Source: Narcine bancroftii (taxonomy: Eukaryota). Taken from it: a stretch of DNA of 64,000 nt. Below the pieces are notes generated by a model. The model was not told the DNA's origin. It saw only the letters and a program-made list of their open reading frames with translations, and made no database searches. The stretch lies in the NCBI RefSeq assembly GCF_036971445.1, contig NC_091469.1:119722001-119786000 (forward strand). The letters run 5' to 3'. This document shows positions 1 through 12,240 of the stretch, one piece after another; positions within the stretch are counted from its first letter, which is position 1, and each line of letters opens with the position of its first letter. Position numbers and translations under genes: made by a program.

Positions 1-261
1 AAATCAAAAGTTAAGTCACACAGCAAAAATAACTGCAGATGCTAGTGATTTGAAATAACTTTGTCTACCACTTTTGATGAAAGGTCATTGATTGGAAAGA
101 TTAAGGGCAGCACAATTAACATAGGGGTGTAACAGTGCTTTATGTCTATATTTTTTAAATTTAAATTTAAAATTAACTTTTTCCTTACTTGATCTGCTAT
201 TTCCACTGTCTATTCTTTTAATTTCTTGTTAAATGCTATCTGAGTTTCTTTATTTTGATGC

Positions 262-1739
262 TGTTATATGTGAATTGTGGAGAACCACACGACCTTCCTG
301 CCTGTCTGGAATATTGTGGATTGCTAGTGGTCACATGTCCTCCCTGTCTGAAACTTATTCAGAAGTCACATCTCCTGTCAATCAAGGTTGGACTCTGGCC
401 ACCCATTAATGCATACCTTCCCGCTGGCTTATTTAAATTGTTTAGGGTCATTATAGGCAAGACACCCAGATCAGAACTGTATAAAATATTGATGCATAGT
501 ACATTTCTTTCTTTCTGCCTCGTGGTCCAAGTGCCGGACATTGCCCCATACTAGGTCACTACTGTGGTGATCACTATAAGTGTCATGGGTAAGGTGTGCA
601 CTACACTTAAACTGAGCCGTAGTACTGCAATAGCTTAGTCCTTGCAGAGAGCCGCCGCCACCACCCCTGCCCCCCCACCGTTGGTATAGGGAACTGGGAA
701 TGTGCTTTTATGTCCCTGTCTTGTTAGTAATTGTATATTACTTAACACTGAGCCACAACCCAAGATGCAGAGATCAGGACTGTCTGCTTGTCGTGTTATG
801 AAAAAAGCCTCTACTTCCTGATGAATTTGCAGAAGTTTATTATGACATCAGAAACTCTGGTAAATTCCTACAGAGGTGTGGTAGAAAGTGTGCTGACCGG
901 CTCCATCATAGTCTAGTATGGAGACACCAATACCTCTGAGCATAAAGCCCTCCAAAAGGTAGTCAACACAGCCCAGGACATCACAGGCAAAACCCTCCAC
1001 ACCCCCCCCCCACCTTTGAGCACATTTACAGGGAGTGCTTCCATCGAAGAGCAGCAGCAATCATCAAAGATGCTTAAAACCCAGCACACGCTCTGTTCTC
1101 ACTGCTGTCATCAGGAAAGAGGAATAGGTGCCACAAGATCCAGCACCAGGTTCAGGAAAAGCTGCTACCCCTCCACCATCAGACTCCTCAATGACAAACT
1201 CAAAGACTCATTTAAGGACTCAACTTGTGCACTCCATTGATTTTCTTTTTATTTTCTCTGTATTTCATAGACAGTTTTTTTTTTACAGATCTTTGTTTAG
1301 ATGTTTTACGTTGTGTACAATTTATTTTTTGCACTACCAATTAGTGGTTATTCTGTCGTGCCCACAGGAAAAAGGAATCTCGGGGTTGTATGCGATGTCA
1401 TGTTGTACTCTGACAATAAATCTGAAATCTGATCTGCTGAAGCCCTGTCTTGTTAGAATGTGTTAGTAATCATATATCACTTAACACTGAGGCATACCCC
1501 GAGGTACAGGGATTGGGATTGTCTGCTGAAGTCCCTGTGTATGACAATGTAAAAGATAGGCAGCCACTGGTATCGGAGTCCAACCTGGGTTTGATGTGAA
1601 TGTCTATATTGTTGTTTAGTAATTGAGTATCATTTGACATTCTGTTGTCTCCTGTGTGTTCATTAAAGTTATGTGTGACTTGTGCCCAGATTCATCTCTC
1701 TGTGAGCCCACTGAACCTGATACTGTTCCAAACACAACA
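262..1739 (+). mobile_element. Putative solo LTR interrupted by a Rex1/Babar LINE fragment
   Basis: TGTT...AACA termini; near-identical 5-bp flanks GATGC (257-261) and GATGA (1740-1744); ATTAAA near 1662; internal ~80-90 bp direct repeats. Confidence 0.5.
789..1432 (+). mobile_element. Rex1/Babar-type LINE, 3' fragment
   Basis: Degenerate LYFL..L.KF / ESVLTG.I..WYG coding remnant; tail TGACAATAAATCTGAAATCTGA; TCTGCT duplicated at 783-788 and 1433-1438; homologous to 13250-14177. Confidence 0.8.
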
Positions 1740-2274
1740 GATGATACTGCTCTTGCTCCTCCATAGTAATGATTTGGTCATGGAATGGCTTGGGTATACA
1801 CCTGCAGTTGCTCTTGAAATGCCCAGACTGTGGATACCAGGGAAGGTTTCAAAATCGGAGTAGACCCTATGGTTAGAAAATGCAGGTCTCTGAAGCAAAA
1901 AGCATTTCTTAAGCAGAAATGCCAGAGTCAATGTTACGGTTTTTCAGTCCTCATTGGGTGCTAGAGCAGTGCTAAAGGACCGGAGGGGGGAAGTGGGGGT
2001 GGGGGGGGGGGGTTGGATTTTTTCAGAAAAGGAATAAACCCAGAAATTACAGGCCAATCAATGGTGAAAACTTTGTCAGAGTTAAAATAAACCTTCACCT
2101 GGAATGCCAAGCATTAATCGGGGAAAACCAGCACTGGTTTGGTAAAGGAAAATCACATCTGACTGACTGGATTGAATTATTTGAAAAGAAAGTTGCTAAA
2201 GCTTATAAGGATTGTGTATAAATGGAGTGAGTGGTGAGAGCCACAGACAGGTCTATTGAGAAGAAAAGTATAAA

Positions 2275-2690
2275 TAAGACATTAAGATATACAAGCATAA
2301 ATAGGCTGTTCAGCCCATTGAGTCTACCCTGCCATTCAGTCAATTTTCCAACTCAGCCTCCCTGCCCAGCCTTCTCCCCATAACCTTTGATGCCTTGGAT
2401 AAACAAGAACCTATCAATTCCTGTCTTCGAAACATCCAAGGACCTTATCTCCACAAATGGCAGTAAGAAGAAACTTCGACGCATTTCTATTCTAAATAAA
2501 CGCCTTTCAATCCTGAAGTTGTGCCCTCATCCTAAACTCTCCCACCATGGGAAACAACTTTTCTACATCTATCCTGTCCATGTTTTTCAACATTTGAAAT
2601 GTTTCAATAAGATCCCCCTCATTCTCCAGGCCAAGAACTGTCAAATAGTCCTCATAACCCTTACATTCCTGGAATCATCCAAGTGAATGG
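2275..2690 (-). mobile_element. CR1/L2-clade LINE 3' fragment
   Basis: Typical reverse-strand 3' end (ATAGGCTGTTCAGCCCATTGAG...CCCCATAACCTTTGAT). Confidence 0.6.
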
Positions 2691-2789
2691 AAGAAAAGAT
2701 TAAAACTAGCTGGGGTTTGGCTTTGGTCCAATTTCCATTTTTATCAATGAACTAGTAGAACCATATAGGTGACTGGAGAAATAATGATA

Positions 2790-3632
2790 GAACCATAGAA
2801 TCATAGAATATTACAGATCAGAAACTGACCATTTCGGCCCTTCTAGTCAGTGCCAAACTATTTTCCTGCCTAGTCCCACTGAGCTACATCCATCGATAGT
2901 CTCCATACCCTTCCCATCCATGTACCTGTCCAAATTCTTCTTAGATGTTAAAATTGAGCCTGCATTCACCACTTCAGCTGTCAGCTCGTTCCACAACCCC
3001 ACCACTCTCTGTGTGAAGATCTTTCCTCTCATGTTCCCCCAACCCTAAACTTTTCCCCTTTCACCCTTAATCCATGTCCTCTGGTTTATATTTCACCTAT
3101 TCTTAGTGGAAAAAACTTACTTATATTTACTCTATCAATACCCCTCATAATTTTAAATACCTCAATCAAATCTCCCCTCATTTTTCTATGCTGTAGGAAA
3201 AAAAATGTCCTACTTTGTTTAACCTGTCCCTGTAACTCAGTTCTTGAAGTCTGGGCAACATCCTAGTAAATATTCTCAGCACTCTTTCAATCTTATTGAT
3301 ATTCTTCCTGTAGTTAGTGACCAAAACTGCACACAATACTCCAAATCTGGCCTCACTAGTGCCTGGTACAACTTTACCAATAACATCCCAAGTCATATAT
3401 TCAATACTTTGATTAATAAGGTCTCTTTACAACCCTGTCTATCTGTGAACACCACTTTCAGGGAACTTTCTCTGATCCCTCTGTGCCACCGCACCTCTCA
3501 TTTACCATGTATGTCCTTTCTTGGTTTGCTTTTCCAAAATGCAACTCCTTACACTTTTCTGCATTAAATTCCATCTGCTATTTTTCAACCAATTTTTTCC
3601 AGCTGATCCAGATCCCTCTGCAAGCTTTGAAA
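2790..3632 (-). mobile_element. CR1 LINE 3' fragment
   Basis: Minus-strand remnants IFTQRVVGLWNEL and IERV.R.FTRMLP.L.ELSY; (CATAGAA)n tail; closely similar to 36352-37190. Confidence 0.85.
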
Positions 3633-5489
3633 TCACACAATGTTTTGTGAGGAGTGAAGAATCAATAGAACTGAGATAGATTGGAAAGAAAGCTGGTCAA
3701 CTGAATGGCAGTTTTGAATTCCATGGGTTAGAAATGCAATGTAGCTGCTTCTTTGAATGAGAAACATGGTGAGAGGGACCTCCACGGCTCTAAATTTCAT
3801 TGTGAAGTAGTTGCACAGCAGCTGTTGAGTTCAGTGCAAGTGACCAAACATAGATTTACATTCTAGCTCTTCTGATTGGGTCCCCAGCATAGATGTTGAG
3901 AAGAATTTATGCTGCATTAATTGGATAATTCTATGTAAAAAAAGTAAATGTAGAAGAATTTTTATACTTGCCTTTTAAAAGAAGCCACAATAAGTGTTTG
4001 GTGGAACAGTTTTTAAACAACTCTATTTTAAAAATTGCATTCAATATACTGTATGTTCCTTAACTGGACAGTTGTTGCTATTGGTAACAGCTCAGATTCC
4101 TCCAAATTGATCTCATTATTATATTCTTCCGTATCTGCAGTGACAGGATGAAAGGCTGATTGATTTCACGATATTTATGGAAAAAAATAGATAAGACTGA
4201 AATGGAAATCTCAATGGGTGCTATGTTTCAGTGATGGTCTGACAGTTTTAGGGGAGATAATACAGATGGGAAAATAATTTATTCATTGAAATTGTGATAG
4301 AAACAATTTGACAATGTGTGAACTCTTGGCCCCCTCCCCCAACTCCCTCCCCTAATCTCCTTTTCTGAAGAATCAAGATGAGCAGTCAGCTCGATATATT
4401 GCTGAGATGCCGAGCTCTCATCTTCAACATGAAATGTGCCAGAAGGCATGAGCTTGGGCCACTGCAATACCTGCAAATACACAGCAATTACCGATGTACT
4501 TCACAGATCATAAATTCATGGAATGTTACAGGGCAAAAAAAGAGGCTGTTTGGCCCACTCTGTCCATGCCAAATCCATGAAACAGCTGTTCCATTTACTA
4601 TCATGCCCACCTCATTCGCCATAATCTGGAATTAAGATAAGGTTTAGGGTTCACTCTAGGTTATTTGGGGAACTACACATCCAGTACTCATGAAGTGTTA
4701 TTACACCACCAAGAATCTTTCACTTCCTTTTGCAGACACATTTCTCCTAATATGGCTTGCAATATTTTTGCTCTTTTTCACATCTATTACCTTTGATCAA
4801 AAATTCACTTTTCCAGAGAAAGCTATTTCACCCGTTTATTCTATTAAAACTTTGAGTGTCCATGCTACTTCTCTCTTATATCTTCTTTGCTCTCAAGGCA
4901 ACAATCCCAATTTATCGAATCTCACCAGGATTATTTTGAGGTATGATTCAGAAAATGTTTCAGCATCTGATATCTATCTATATGAAAATGCTGGTGTTTA
5001 TATGAATATAATACTCCATGCCAATCCCTGGTGTTTGTTTACAACTGAATTGGACAGTATGTAATTCTGGAGTATTTGACTTTTCATCTGTTGCCTCATT
5101 AAAGCCATAAAGTGCACCCCAGCCTCAGGTCATCTGCTGCTTAAGCTCTTATTCAATTTGTTTGCTTTCTATTTGGCATACTACATTTATTATTTATAAT
5201 GTGGTCTCCTTTGTATGGGGGGATCTGAATACATTTTAGGTTATTGCCATTCAGTCCACAGGCATGAGCTAGAGCATCTAGTCTCCTGGCACTTTAACAT
5301 CTCATTCCTCTTTGACCCTATACATTGCTCCATTGAAGTTTAACATAAGCTTAAGGGATGTCACCTTATCTTTCAACTAGATATTTATCATTTACTGGAT
5401 TCCATCTCCTGACATATCAAGGCCTTTCCATTTTCCTCAAGGTTCAAGTTAGCTGTAATAGATACTAATTTTTGCTTCCTGCCGTGCAA

Positions 5490-5910
5490 TTTTAACAGCT
5501 CCCATGAAACTTGATACCATCCAGGACAAAGCAGCTCTCTTGATTGACACCTCATTAAACATCGCAAAAAGTCTTTTTCCTCCACCACTGGTCCCATCTA
5601 CAAAACATATTGCAATTACTCACTCAGGCCTCTCCGACAGAACCTCCCCAGCCTGTAGTCTCCAGAACAAAGACAGTAGGTACATGGGAACACCACAACT
5701 TGCATCATCTCCTCCACTGCGCTAACCTGGACATTTCTGGCTGGTCCTTTGTGGTTGCTGGTTCTAAATCTTGGGTCTCCCTACTCAGTAACATTGTGGG
5801 AGTCCCTTCAGCAGAAGTGATTCAAGAGGTATTTCAATATGAGCTTTCAAAGAGTAATTAGTAATGGGTGACTAAAAAAAAACTGTTGGCTTTTGCCCAG
5901 TGGTAGATAG
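5490..5910 (+). mobile_element. Old CR1/L2-clade LINE 3' fragment
   Basis: KLDTIQDKAA.LI motif; related to 39950-40300. Confidence 0.55.
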
Positions 5911-6409
5911 AGCCAAAAATGAGTTAAAAAGGCATTCAAGTCAATAATGTTCTATTTGTTCACATTCAGGAAAATATTTCACTACCCTCCCCAACCACAC
6001 ATTATGGACCGCTCCTTTCCAGGAGTTCTCAACTCTATTTTGCATGTTACCATACCTAGTGCAACCAAGTCATCACAACTGTGTTGAATTTATGGAATCA
6101 GGCAGATTCCATTCTAGGAAGATCTGAGCACGTGTTGACTCAGAAAATGTTTCTCGTCAGATAGGAATCTCCTGTGGGTGAGGATGAGGTGCCTACACTA
6201 CATTAGCGAATGTAATGATTGCTTAATTGTGGTATTCAGAAAAAGAGTCTGCCCATTGGTTGCACTGCATATTTTAATCTTCCATCCCTTCTCAACACCA
6301 TTGTACTAACCATACTGATCAAATCCCATGGAATTTCCCAGCCATTCTTATACTTATACAATCAATGTTCACTCCTTTAATTACAATGGATGTGATGCTC
6401 CTGCAGAGT

Positions 6410-6665
6410 TGTCTCCTTTCCTCCAGTTCTCCATCCCTTCCCTCTCCATTCAAAGAACCATCCACCCTCCCTCTAGTTGCTGTGTTCCCTCCCTCCTTTT
6501 TCCACCTGTGGGCCTGTGCTCCTTCCGCTGCCCTTCACCCACCATTTTATTCGGGACCTGTCTACATTTTGCTCATACCATGATGAAGGGCTCAAGCCCG
6601 AAACTTTGGTTCCGTATCTTTATCTTTGCTCTATAAAGTATGAGTTTTTCCAGCCTTGTGTTTGT
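6410..6665 (+). mobile_element. Penelope-like element terminal (pLTR) fragment with hammerhead-like core
   Basis: Pyrimidine-rich tract followed by TGATGAAGGGCTCAAGCCCGAAAC (6581-6604); same family as 44475-44791. Confidence 0.7.
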
Positions 6666-6999
6666 ATTCTCAGGTTTTCCTTAAGCCTTATTTTGAAGAG
6701 CAGTTAAAATACAAAGTCTTACGTTTTGGTCCTTTTTTCATAATTATTCTGACCACCTATTATGGGTATCAATCGAGTGGAATATCTCCCCCCCCCCAAA
6801 TATTTCTAATTTAGCGCTTCTTGGCTCTTCACTTACATTTTAACTAAGTTAATTGATAACAATTTTGCTGGTTTGACCTGTGTCGGGACAGCATGAGCAA
6901 TACAATTAAAGTTAGGTAGAGGCTGGAGCAATATAATTTTTTGCATCAGCTGTACCTTACTCTGCAAAAATTAAATAAATAGAAATCTGAATTATCCAA

Positions 7000-7880
7000 T
7001 TTATGCTTTCAATGCAGTCAAAATATAGGGACCTTTATAAATTCAACCTGGTCATGCTCTATGTTAAGATCCTTCTGGGAAGATTTGGGGAATCCCCTGA
7101 AACAAATTACTGGAATTCGATACCTTCCGGTGCCAGAATTGCTCTTACTAGGGAAAGTAGCAGATATAAGGCCTAAAATGAGGCTGTCGAAATATCAATT
7201 GAAATTTGTTAAACTCACTTTAGCAGTGGTCAGGAAATGCACAGCCATTACTTGGAAATCTGATTCCCAACTGAGTCTGACCCACTGGAAGTCAGAAATG
7301 CATAGATGTATTCCCATAGTGAAGATTATTTACAACCTCAGAAACTGAAACATCATGTTTTTAAGAATATGGAAACCATATTTAAGACTTACGGGAGTTA
7401 ACCTTTCATCATTCTCCCCTCCGGTCTCCAAATACCACTATCTCCAGTATCCCTCATGATGCCTATGTCAAGACATTTATATCTTAAGGGAGAAAGTAAG
7501 CTCTGGATGAATCACATAATGTTTCACCTGTATGTAATGAATACTCTTGGAAAACAGATGATTTTGTCATATCATATGAGAGAATTATCTCTTTCTTTTT
7601 CCTTTTCCTTTGGGGTACAGGGGTCTTTCTCTTTTTCTTTTTTCTCTTTTCTTATTTTCTTTTTTCAGTTTCTTACTTTTCTTTTAAGGATCGGCAAGGT
7701 ATGTAATTTTGTATTTATAAACAATAGTGCAGAAATTAATAATTGTGATAATGTTTTGACTCTTCATTCTTTGTATATCAATGTCGTGTAGTTTGGTTTT
7801 GGTATTTTATTGTATAGATCTGTGATGTTTCTTTGTTTTGTAATTCCATGTTTATTGAAAATCCTTAATTTAAAAAAAGT
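7000..7880 (+). mobile_element. L1/Tx1-clade LINE 3' end (ORF2 C-terminus and 3' UTR)
   Basis: FWEDL...ELLLLG...RKCTAITWKSD...IP..KIIYNLRN; T-rich UTR and A-rich end. Confidence 0.8.
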
Positions 7881-7884
7881 TTCT

Positions 7885-8122
7885 AGCTAACACAATTGTT
7901 AAATATTCTTTGAGAATTTGGACACAGTTTAGAAAACATTTTGCATTTCATAATTTCTCTTTCAAGTCCTATCATATCCAATCATTTTTTACAACCTTCT
8001 TTATATGATCCTATTTTTCATAGATGGTATAGAGAAGGTATTCATAATTTTAAGGATCTATTCATTGATGGATACTTTGCAACATTTGAGCAGGTTTTTA
8101 GATATTTGCAAGTCTGTTTGAA
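7885..8122 (+). mobile_element. L1/Tx1 internal ORF2 fragment
   Basis: SPIISNHFLQPSLYD..F.RW...GI..FKDLFIDG.F.TFEQ; related to 63050-63320. Confidence 0.7.
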
Positions 8123-8139
8123 AGTTTGTGTAACTCTCC

Positions 8140-8410
8140 TCATCATGTTAGCTCCATCATCACAAGAAGTTACCAGGAGGACAGAAGAAACAATTTAAGA
8201 ATATTCTCAGAGAATGCTTGCAAAATGATAATGTCCTTGCCTTCGTGCTTAGCTCTGGAACTTATACTCAAGGCGGAGCATTTAAAGGAAAGAAATGAGA
8301 TCGATGAGTCACTTCATCAGAAGTATTTAGAGGATGAATGATGGATCCCACGTCTTCCTCATCTCAGAATATAAAGAAGCAAAGTGGAAGCAAGTCATCT
8401 TTGATTTGGA
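8140..8410 (+). mobile_element. Old RTE-clade LINE 3' remnant
   Basis: Degenerate PGGQKKQFKNIL motif. Confidence 0.45.
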
Positions 8411-8556
8411 GGAAGTGCCTCACAAAAAATTATATAAATGCAAGGTGTTCTTGATCATTTCCTCATCATTTGATTTGCTGCACTGTGCTTTTGCCTTCTG
8501 ACCAGGGAACTGATCTGGCCAAATTTAAATTTTTTATCTTTACATTTTTAAATGCT

Positions 8557-8783
8557 TAAAATTTAGAGTTACAGGCCTTTCCAGCCTACAAGCATGTGCC
8601 GCCCAATTACACCCAAATGACCTTCTACTCCTGTCTTTTGAAGGTTGGGAGGAAACCAGAGCACCCAGAGCAAACCCATGCAGACATGGAGAGAACGTAC
8701 AAACTCCTTACAGACAGCGCCAGATTTGAATCTGGGGTCAAAGGCGCTGAAACATTGTGCTAACTGCTACATCAATCATACTC
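8557..8783 (-). mobile_element. tRNA-derived V-SINE-type element
   Basis: Reverse complement of the V-domain-like core GTTCTCTCCATGTCTGCATGGGTTTGCTCTGGGTGCTCTGGTTTCCTCCCA. Confidence 0.8.
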
Positions 8784-9142
8784 ATTTGTGACAAAGATGC
8801 TGGATGCAAAAAATAATAAATAATGGCATGTTGACTGATCCTGGGATCTTCCTGTCAGGTGACATCAGTAGCTGCCATATAATAAGTGGTAAAGGTGAGT
8901 CTCCATTGTTCCATATTTGGTCGCTGTTCATTGTTCCCTGAAATCACAATCAAATGGGGGAAAATTCCATGGGAAAGCTATTTCCTATATTTATTATCTC
9001 CACATGGGATTTTTCGTGTGAAGTGCATTTATTATTTCTCGGCTGCATTTTCCCCTCTGCCTCTACTTATTAGAAGCCTACATATAGAACCCTCTAGGAC
9101 CAATTAACAGTCGAAACTATAATGACCTAGGGTTGAAGCAAG

Positions 9143-9300
9143 AAGTAAAAACACAAAATGCTGGAGAAGCTCAACAGGTCAAACAGCGTCCTTTATGTAG
9201 CCAAAGCAAAGATACATAACTGACATTTCGGACTTCAGCCCCTCATTGAAGTATGAGAAAACACCAGCAAAGCATCCGAACAAAAAGGTTGGGGTGGGGG
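9143..9300 (-). mobile_element. Penelope pLTR fragment
   Basis: AAATGCTGGAGAAGCTCAACAGGTCAAACAG...CATTTCGGACTTCAGCCCTCATTGAAG; reverse complement of the 44690-44790 family. Confidence 0.7.
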
Positions 9301-9318
9301 GGGGTGGGGGGTGGTGTG

Positions 9319-10369
9319 GTGCAACCTCCGAATCTTCAGAGGGATCCACAAATGCTTTCACCTGCAGAGGCTGTCATCTAAGGTTCCTGTCACCAGGAGT
9401 CCAAACAAAAATAAGGGAAGGATTGGTGCTGAGGGAAAGGTAAAGCTGAAGGAAGGGAAAGTAAGTAAGCCTGCAGGTGCTGTGATTGCAGTTAATACAG
9501 CAGGATCCCTCAGCAATGTTTCTCCAGCACTAAATGACATTGGGATCATTTTTGTTAATCATTTTCTATAATCAGACAATTCAAAAGATGTATATTGATA
9601 GGTTCTCTAATGGAAACAGTTTTGACCAGGGACTGAGCTGACCCAATGCTGATACATAACACAGTTTCATTGCTTAGAAAAGTAGGCATGTTGTTTATTA
9701 TCAAAGCACATAAATGCTGGAGGAACTCAGCTGGTCTCGTGGCATCCCTAGGAGGTAAAGATTGGGCCTGAGCCCTTCTTCATGGTACACATTGATTATT
9801 ATTTCCCTTCTATAGCAGAGCCTGATTTTAAAACTAAGGTTTTGCTAACTGATCTGGTAACAGAACAGATCAAAGACTTGTCCATGTAAATATTGGATCT
9901 GTTTTTCATTGTGAAACAAAGTTGAAAGGCCAAGGGTTTTAATGTGGGAAAACAAGCAGGTTGAAAACAATTGAAAAGAAAATGAAATAAATCAATTAGC
10001 AAGGATAGTTGACGAGCTGTTAGAAGCTTATAGAATGCATGAAGAAGGGAAAGAGTTCAAACTTCACAGGTTTGATGTCCTGGGAAAGATTGACTATGTT
10101 CCCCTTCCCTCACATTTCTTTGCAGTCACCTCATACATCCTAATTAACCAAACACTCAGGGGATGGCACCTTGGTGTGAATTTCAGCCTGTTTATGCTAG
10201 TTGCCGCTGTCACCTTTCACACGGCAATTGCTTCTTGATAAGCTTTACCTTTCCCACAGCACCAATCTTTTCCTTATTTTTGTTTGGGCTCCTGGTGACA
10301 GGAACCTTAGACGACAGCCTCTGCAGATGAAAGCATTTTTGGATCCCTCTGAAGACTCTGAGGTTGCAC
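9319..10369. repeat. Long inverted repeat: 129-bp arms (9319-9447 and 10241-10369) around a ~790-bp spacer
   Basis: Manual alignment of arm 1 to the reverse complement of arm 2 is ungapped with 9 mismatches in 129 bp. Confidence 0.95.
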
Positions 10370-11219
10370 AAGACTAGCTATTGATACTGTTTACTATGTT
10401 TCTTTATGGGCCTGCCTCATTTCACCTTGCAGAAAGGAAATGCTATGTGCACTCTGCTCTGTTTTGATCTAAATACGAAACCAACTGAATCCAGCATTAG
10501 GTACCTGCAGCCTTAGAGAAAATGAATGACATTGGAAGTACCATAAAAGTGATTAGCTAGATCAGACAAGAAATGAAAAATAGTTTGGCCTGTGTGTTAT
10601 TTAAATACAAAAGAACATGGTGGTGAGATCAGCCTGGAATAACAACGTCAACAGCCCTACACCGTGTAACTGGTGAAAAACTAATTTATTTAATCCTTCA
10701 GCCTTTTCAATTGGGCAGAATAAATCATAATCACAACTGCTTTTATGCTGAACACTGGCTTTAATCTAATTGTGGGAAAGTACTACTTGTAAACTTGGTT
10801 CTCTTTTTCTGGTTATAATCAAACACAAACTAAGGCACTTGGCCTGTCACCAAGATGAAGGGGCTCCATTTGATGGTGTGAAGGAAATGGGAACTTCACT
10901 CAAGCAGACGGTCAGTTTGGGGTAATCGTTGAGAAATCTGCTGATCAGTATTGGCCGATTTGGAGAGCCAGCAATAAGGAATCCAGCTTTTCATTCAGCT
11001 GAAGATTTCTGCTGCCATCAGAGGTTGAGTGCTGTTGGTGGTGCCATATTCTGACATAAATGATATCCTTCATCTTCATTGCAACACTGAGTTATCCATT
11101 TATCCATCAATTGATAATGGAAGGGTTTGACATCTTGTTAGTGGATTTAGTATGAGCATTTTCCCACCAGTAGAATTGTTAGAATTTGCACAAGTTCCCA
11201 TGTATTATTGCAAGAAAAT

Positions 11220-11880
11220 CAGACGGTCCCTCTGATTCAAGGTTGATTTGTCTCCTCTCCAGTTTCTGGGCTTTTAAGTAATGCATGAGGCTAATGTTGT
11301 ACCACAGATGGGGGAGAAGGTGCCTGGATGAGTGACTGAAGTGCAGCCACTTTTACTGAGCTTTTGTGTGCTCTCATCAAAAAGGCTCAAGACTGAATGC
11401 TCATTTCCATTTTAATTGTTCATGGACCAAGAATTCCAATGATACAGTAGGAAGTTACATTTTTTTATTTTCATGAAGTATGTTAGCTCTCCTCCTGTTA
11501 ATCTTTGGGTGATGTGGCTGTTCTGTGGGTATAATGTTAGGCAAGCAGACTGGAACTGGACTACCTAATTAGGTCCTCAACACTCGGGATGGTGGCCTGG
11601 CAGAGGATGCTGACATTACTTTGCTACATCTACCGCTAGATTTTGCAAGGGCAGCATTGGCAGGGTCTCCAATTCTTTCTGCAGATAATCTGTGTCTCTA
11701 AGCATAAAGGGGGGAGCAGGCCAGTGCTGTGCATAAACAATGAATTTTGCACTGTATTCAAGATCTTGGGCTGGGAAATTTTTTCCACAATAGGCACCAA
11801 AGATGGTTAATTTCGTTATTCATATCTGCCTTCATTGAGAGGTGGCTCCTAAAATATGGAAAGCACTCCAATTTTTCTTG
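11220..11880 (-). mobile_element. Very old RTE-like LINE remnant
   Basis: Resembles the reverse strand of decayed RTE RT and 3' end; no ORF left. Confidence 0.35.
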
Positions 11881-11999
11881 GGTGTTGTGCTGCAGCAGGT
11901 TGGTACAGCTACTTGTTTAATGAATGATTAATTCGTGCTTCAGTGGATGAGTCAGTAAACAATTTCCAATTTGGCCCCAGAGTGTGCACATGTGCCAAC

Positions 12000-12240
12000 A
12001 GGCTCATAAAAGTAAGTCTGATTGCAGCTACATAAAACTTAATTAGGCTGTACTTTGTTCAGTTCTGGTCCCCCCATTAAAAGAATGATATCGAGGCTCT
12101 GGAAAGGGTACAAAGAGATTTACCAAAATGCCAAATGGATTTGAGGGTATGAGTCATTGGGGGTGAAGGTTTTGAGCAAACTTGGTTTATTTTATCTGGA
12201 GCATAGTAAGCTGAGGGGAGATCTCAACAAATTTTTCAAA
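12000..12240 (+). mobile_element. CR1 LINE fragment
   Basis: Degenerate VQFWSP..K.DI.ALERVQ.RFT.M coding. Confidence 0.65.

Noticed and set aside
1981-2012. G-runs as functional G-quadruplexes (also ~29743, ~43150, ~45175)
   Set aside because: Simple homopolymers common in this genome, with no supporting context.
2790-3632. Segmental duplication with 36352-37190
   Set aside because: Similarity is confined to the CR1 element and flanks differ, so these are independent insertions.
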